Assembly: GCA_037443365.1 (NCBI GenBank)
Contig: JBBIOM010000002.1
Location: forward strand, 1-64,000
Reading direction: 5' to 3'
DNA from: Armatimonadota bacterium
GTDB lineage: Bacteria > Sysuimicrobiota > Sysuimicrobiia > Sysuimicrobiales > Humicultoraceae
Length of the DNA: 64,000 bases
Shown here: piece after piece, positions 60,375 through 64,000 of the stretch
Numbering within the stretch: position 1 is the stretch's first letter
Layout of the letters: every line of letters begins with the position of its first letter
Translations under genes and position numbers: made by a program
The notes under the pieces: generated by a model
Seen by the model: the letters and a program-made list of their open reading frames with translations, nothing else
Databases searched by the model: none
Told to the model about the DNA's origin: nothing

Positions 60375-60823
60375 GCCGCGACGGGCTGCTCGTCCTAGGC
60401 ATCGGCAACGACCTGCTGGGGGACGACGCCGTGGGCTTGCTGGCCGCCGAAGCCCTGCGGGACGAGGGCCTGCCGGTCAGAACAGGGGTGCGGTCGGGCC
60501 TGGCCCTCCTGGATGAGGTCGTCGGGGCCCGCCGCGTCCTGGTTGTGGACAGCCAGTCCACCGGAGGGCTCCCGGGGGCGATCTGCGAGTTCTCCCTGGA
60601 GCCCTGTTCCCTCCGCAGCCCGTCGGCGCACTACATCGGTTACGGCGAGGCACTGGCAATAGGCGCCGCCGTGGGGCTGGAGATGCCGGAGGAAATCCGC
60701 GTGGTGGCGGTGGAGCGCACGCCCGAGATATGCATCGGGGCCGAGCTGTCCGAGCCGGTGCGCGCCGCCCTGCCGGCCCTGGTGGCGCGTGCCCGGACCG
60801 TAATCAGGGAGTGGCTCTGCTGA
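60371..60823 (+). CDS. Hydrogenase maturation protease (for MvhA)
   Basis: GIGNDLLGDDAVG, VDS, SAH. Confidence 0.9.
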   Translation: MSRDGLLVLGIGNDLLGDDAVGLLAAEALRDEGLPVRTGVRSGLALLDEVVGARRVLVVDSQSTGGLPGAICEFSLEPCSLRSPSAHYIGYGEALAIGAAVGLEMPEEIRVVAVERTPEICIGAELSEPVRAALPALVARARTVIREWLC

Positions 60824-61379
60824 AGGCCTTCTTCCCCTCGGCGTAGAGATCTCCCCCGAACGCGTCGTTGACCACGATGGCGGGGAAGTCTGCCACCTCG
60901 AACCGGAAGAGCGCTTCCGGGCCGAGATCCTCGTAGGCGACCACCTCGGCGCGCGTGAAGCATCGCGCCAGCAGGGCCCCGGCGCCGCCGGTCGCGGCCA
61001 TGTAAACCGCCCGATGCTTCGCCATGGCCTCCAGGACGGGCCTAGAGCGGTAGCCCTTGCCGATCATCCCCTTCAATCCATGGGCCATGAGCACGGGGGC
61101 GTAGGTGTCCATTCGGGTGCTGGTGGTCGGCCCTGCTGACCCGATCACCTGGCCGGGCTTCGGAGGCGTGGGACCCACATAGTACACTATCTGGCCGCGC
61201 AAGTCGGCGGGCAGCGCCTCGCCGCGCTCGAGCGCCTCCACCAGGCGCTTGTGCGCGGCGTCCCTCGCGCCGTAGATCACGCCGCTGATCAGCACGAGAT
61301 CCCCTGCGCGGAGTCCTTCCACGATCGCGTCGGTCCAGGGCGTGGTGAGTCGCTTCGGGTTCATGGTTGCCATCTCCAT
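60804..61379 (-). CDS. Class I Fe-S fumarate/tartrate hydratase beta subunit
   Basis: ARDAAHKR, GPTTS.RMD, MIGKG, DLGPEA. Confidence 0.93.
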   Translation of the reverse strand: MEMATMNPKRLTTPWTDAIVEGLRAGDLVLISGVIYGARDAAHKRLVEALERGEALPADLRGQIVYYVGPTPPKPGQVIGSAGPTTSTRMDTYAPVLMAHGLKGMIGKGYRSRPVLEAMAKHRAVYMAATGGAGALLARCFTRAEVVAYEDLGPEALFRFEVADFPAIVVNDAFGGDLYAEGKKAFSRATP

Positions 61380-61383
61380 CGCC

Positions 61384-62226
61384 TCAGAGTTCGGCGCGAG
61401 CCACGCGCGCCGCGTGACACTGCAGGTTCACGGCCACCGGCAGGCTGACGATGTGGCATGGGTAGACCTCGACGCGCACATCCAGCGCGGTGGCCAGGCC
61501 CCCGTACCCCATAGGGCCCACGCCCAGCGAGTTGATCGCCGCCAGGAGTTCCTCCTCCATGCGGGCGTAGTATGGGTCCGGGTGGCGCTCTCCCGCCTTC
61601 CGTATCAGGGCTCGCTTGGCAAGGAAGCCGACGGTGTCGAAGGTGCCGCCGATCCCCACGCCAACAACCACGGGCGGGCAGGCGTTGGGCCCCGCCTTCT
61701 CCACGGTCTCGATCACGAAGGCACGCACACCGGCCTCACCGTCCGCTGGGGTCAGCATGGTCATCCGACTCATGTTCTCGGCCCCGCCGCCCTTGGGCAG
61801 GAGGGTCATGCGCAGGCGATCGCCCGGGACCAACTCGATGTGCACCACGGCAGGGGAGTTGTCTCCGGTGTTCCGGCGCCGCAGCGGGTCAGCCACCATC
61901 GACTTCCGCAGGAACCCCTCCGTGTACCCGCGCCGAACGCCTTCGTCCAGCGCGTCGCGCAGCGACCCGCCGGTCACGCAGACCTGGTCGCCCAACTCAA
62001 CGAACACAAACGCCGTCCCGGTGTCCTGGCAGATGGGCACGGCCTCGGTCGCGGCTATCCTGTTGTTCTCAAGGATCTCGTCCAGCACGCGCTGCCCGAG
62101 TGTTGAGGGTTCGCGTTCCCGGGCGGAGCGAAGCAGCGAGAGCACATCCCCCCCCAGGTAGACGTTGGCATCAATGCACAGCCGCCTTGCGGCTTCTGCT
62201 ACGTCCTGGTACTGGATCGTCCGCAT
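61384..62226 (-). CDS. Class I Fe-S fumarate/tartrate hydratase alpha subunit
   Basis: PICQDTG, NTGDN, PKGGGAENMS, ACPP, CHA. Confidence 0.93.
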   Translation of the reverse strand: MRTIQYQDVAEAARRLCIDANVYLGGDVLSLLRSAREREPSTLGQRVLDEILENNRIAATEAVPICQDTGTAFVFVELGDQVCVTGGSLRDALDEGVRRGYTEGFLRKSMVADPLRRRNTGDNSPAVVHIELVPGDRLRMTLLPKGGGAENMSRMTMLTPADGEAGVRAFVIETVEKAGPNACPPVVVGVGIGGTFDTVGFLAKRALIRKAGERHPDPYYARMEEELLAAINSLGVGPMGYGGLATALDVRVEVYPCHIVSLPVAVNLQCHAARVARAEL

Positions 62227-62281
62227 GTCCCCCTCCGTCCTCTCCGACCATGGTCGTCTGCGCTCGGCACCCGCGCAGAGG

Positions 62282-64000
62282 TCACGTCTCGCCTCCGGCA
62301 GTGCCAGCGCGTTCGGCGCGCAGGCGTTCCAGCCGCACCGCCGCGAACTTGAACTCAGGCGTCTTGGCACCGGCATCCAGGCCGTCGGCGTGTGTAAGCA
62401 GGTTGGCCGCGGCCTCGCGGAAGTGGAACGGCATGTAGATCATGCCCTGCGGCACGACATCCCCCACCCTTGCCTGGACGCGAACGCTGCCGCGCCGGCT
62501 GCTAACGAGGCACGCCTGACCATCGCGCACGCCCGCGCGTGCGGCATCCTCGGGGTGGATCTCGGCGTAGGCCCTCGGTTCGCGCCAGTCCAGGGGCGCG
62601 GCGCGCCGCGTCATGGGCCCGCCGTTGTAGTGGTACAGCATACGACCCGTGGAGAGCACGAGCGGGTAGGTCTGGTCGGTGGGCTCGAACGGGGGTGCCG
62701 GAGAGGTCGCGTGGAACCGCCCCCTGCCCCGCGAGAACTGCCCCTCGTGCAGGTACACCGTTCCAGGGTGCTCACTGGAGGTGCAAGGCCACTGCAGCCC
62801 CACCTTCTCAAGCCGATCGTGCGTGATGCCGCCGAAGATCGGGCAGAGCGCGGCCACCTCGCGCATGATCTCGGCCGCTGAGTTGTACTCCCAGCGCAGC
62901 GGGCGGCGCAGTCTCTTGCCCAACCGCTTCCCAACCTCGCAGAGAATTTCCCAATCGGGCCGGGCCTCGCCCGGGGCGGCCGCAAACGGGCGAACGAGCT
63001 GCACCCGCCGCTCAGTGTTGGTGAAGGTTCCGCTCTTCTCGGCGAACGACGCCGCGGGCAGGACCACGTGCGCCAGTTGGGCGGTCTCGGTCAGGAAGAT
63101 CTCCTGCACGACCAGGAACTCGAGCGAGCGCATGGCCCGCTCCATCAAGGTGGCATCGGGGTTGGTCATCATGAGGTTCTCGCCCATGATGTACATCGCC
63201 CGAATCCTCCCGTCGGCGGCGGCACGGATCATCTCGATGAAGGTAAGCCCGGGCCTATCGGGCAGGGTCAGTTCGCGGCCGGCCCTGGATCGGCGCTCCC
63301 CCCAGGCGCGCGCGAACTTGGCGCGCACCGCGGGGTCGGAGACCTGCTGGTAGCCGGGGTAGACGTTGGGCAGCGAGCCCATGTCGCAGCCACCCTGCAC
63401 GTTCACCTGCCCCCGCAGCGGGTTGACCCCGGTAGAGAGGCGGCCGATCTGCCCGGTCACCATGGCCAGGTTGGCCAGCGTCTTGACCAGCTCGGTGCCG
63501 TTGGAGCGTTCCGTTATGCCCATCCCGTAGAGGATCGTTGAAGCCCCGCGCCTCGTCGTGTTCGCGGCCTCTTCCGCAGTGACCCGGCGCAACCCCAGCG
63601 CATACATCCGGGCTGCCTCGACGATCTGCTCGGCGGGCACCCCGCAGGCCGCCGATGCGGCCTGCGGGGTCCAGGCCTCCAGGGATTGGGCAAACACGTC
63701 GAAGCCCTCAGTGCGGGCGGCGATGAACTCCCGGTCGAGCCAGCCGTTGGTCACAATCGCGTTCAGCATCCCCAGGTACAGGGCGTGGTCGGTGCCAGGT
63801 GACGGCCGGAGGTGCAACGCAGCGTGCCGGGTGAGACTGATCCTGCGAGGGTCAATCACTATCAGCGTCGCCCCACGCCTTGTTGCGCGGACCACCTCGT
63901 AGGAGATGACCGGGTGCGCCTCGCCGGTGTTGGAACCGGTCACCAGGATGCAATCGGCATCCCTGATCTCCCGGATGCTGTTGGTCATTGCTCCACTTCC
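62282..64000 (-). CDS. fdhF: Formate dehydrogenase alpha subunit, 5' part outside window
   Basis: GSGAMTNSI at the edge, GSNTGEAHP, PLRGQVNVQG (Arg kept), GTFTNTERRVQ, TGRMLYHY. Confidence 0.9.
   Translation of the reverse strand, partial: GSGAMTNSIREIRDADCILVTGSNTGEAHPVISYEVVRATRRGATLIVIDPRRISLTRHAALHLRPSPGTDHALYLGMLNAIVTNGWLDREFIAARTEGFDVFAQSLEAWTPQAASAACGVPAEQIVEAARMYALGLRRVTAEEAANTTRRGASTILYGMGITERSNGTELVKTLANLAMVTGQIGRLSTGVNPLRGQVNVQGGCDMGSLPNVYPGYQQVSDPAVRAKFARAWGERRSRAGRELTLPDRPGLTFIEMIRAAADGRIRAMYIMGENLMMTNPDATLMERAMRSLEFLVVQEIFLTETAQLAHVVLPAASFAEKSGTFTNTERRVQLVRPFAAAPGEARPDWEILCEVGKRLGKRLRRPLRWEYNSAAEIMREVAALCPIFGGITHDRLEKVGLQWPCTSSEHPGTVYLHEGQFSRGRGRFHATSPAPPFEPTDQTYPLVLSTGRMLYHYNGGPMTRRAAPLDWREPRAYAEIHPEDAARAGVRDGQACLVSSRRGSVRVQARVGDVVPQGMIYMPFHFREAAANLLTHADGLDAGAKTPEFKFAAVRLERLRAERAGTAGGET

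Overview
Gene-dense, high-GC bacterial chromosomal window. I saw no rRNA, tRNA, CRISPR array or mobile element, and taxonomy cannot be fixed from this sequence alone. Positions 1-11 kb (minus strand) are housekeeping: deoC, a YqjE-like pair, tatA-tatC, maf-radC-mreBCD-mrdA-rodA and an RNase E/G gene running off the left edge. Positions ~11-64 kb form an anaerobic H2/formate/acyl-CoA redox region. It contains: (a) acuA/acuB-like genes, a 4-subunit 2-oxoacid:ferredoxin oxidoreductase and an orphan NarL-type regulator; (b) a group 3b [NiFe] hydrogenase headed by a broken cNMP-binding gene; (c) a group 4 (Hyc-like) membrane hydrogenase operon whose input module is an AsrA/AsrB-like pair plus an FdhF-like protein with Tyr/Arg/Ala in place of the catalytic Cys(Sec)/His/Arg; (d) an atypical maturation module with His-less HypC, an ATPase-less Ni/peptide ABC transporter, a DUF6390-like protein with an apparent HypC-like C-terminus, Zn-finger-less HypA and HypB; (e) USP/DsbA/VKOR, MobA, a MoeA-MobB fusion and an ADP-forming acyl-CoA synthetase; (f) a divergent plus-strand HdrD-like/EtfBA/membrane FeS oxidoreductase/HdrA/MvhDG/two-component/HdrCB/MvhA operon; (g) a convergent FdhF and split fumarate hydratase at the right edge. 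The best candidate for an undescribed system is the non-canonical FdhF-AsrAB-Hyc complex with its stripped-down Hyp module (20.9-36.6 kb). All family assignments come from motif recognition by eye, not database searches.
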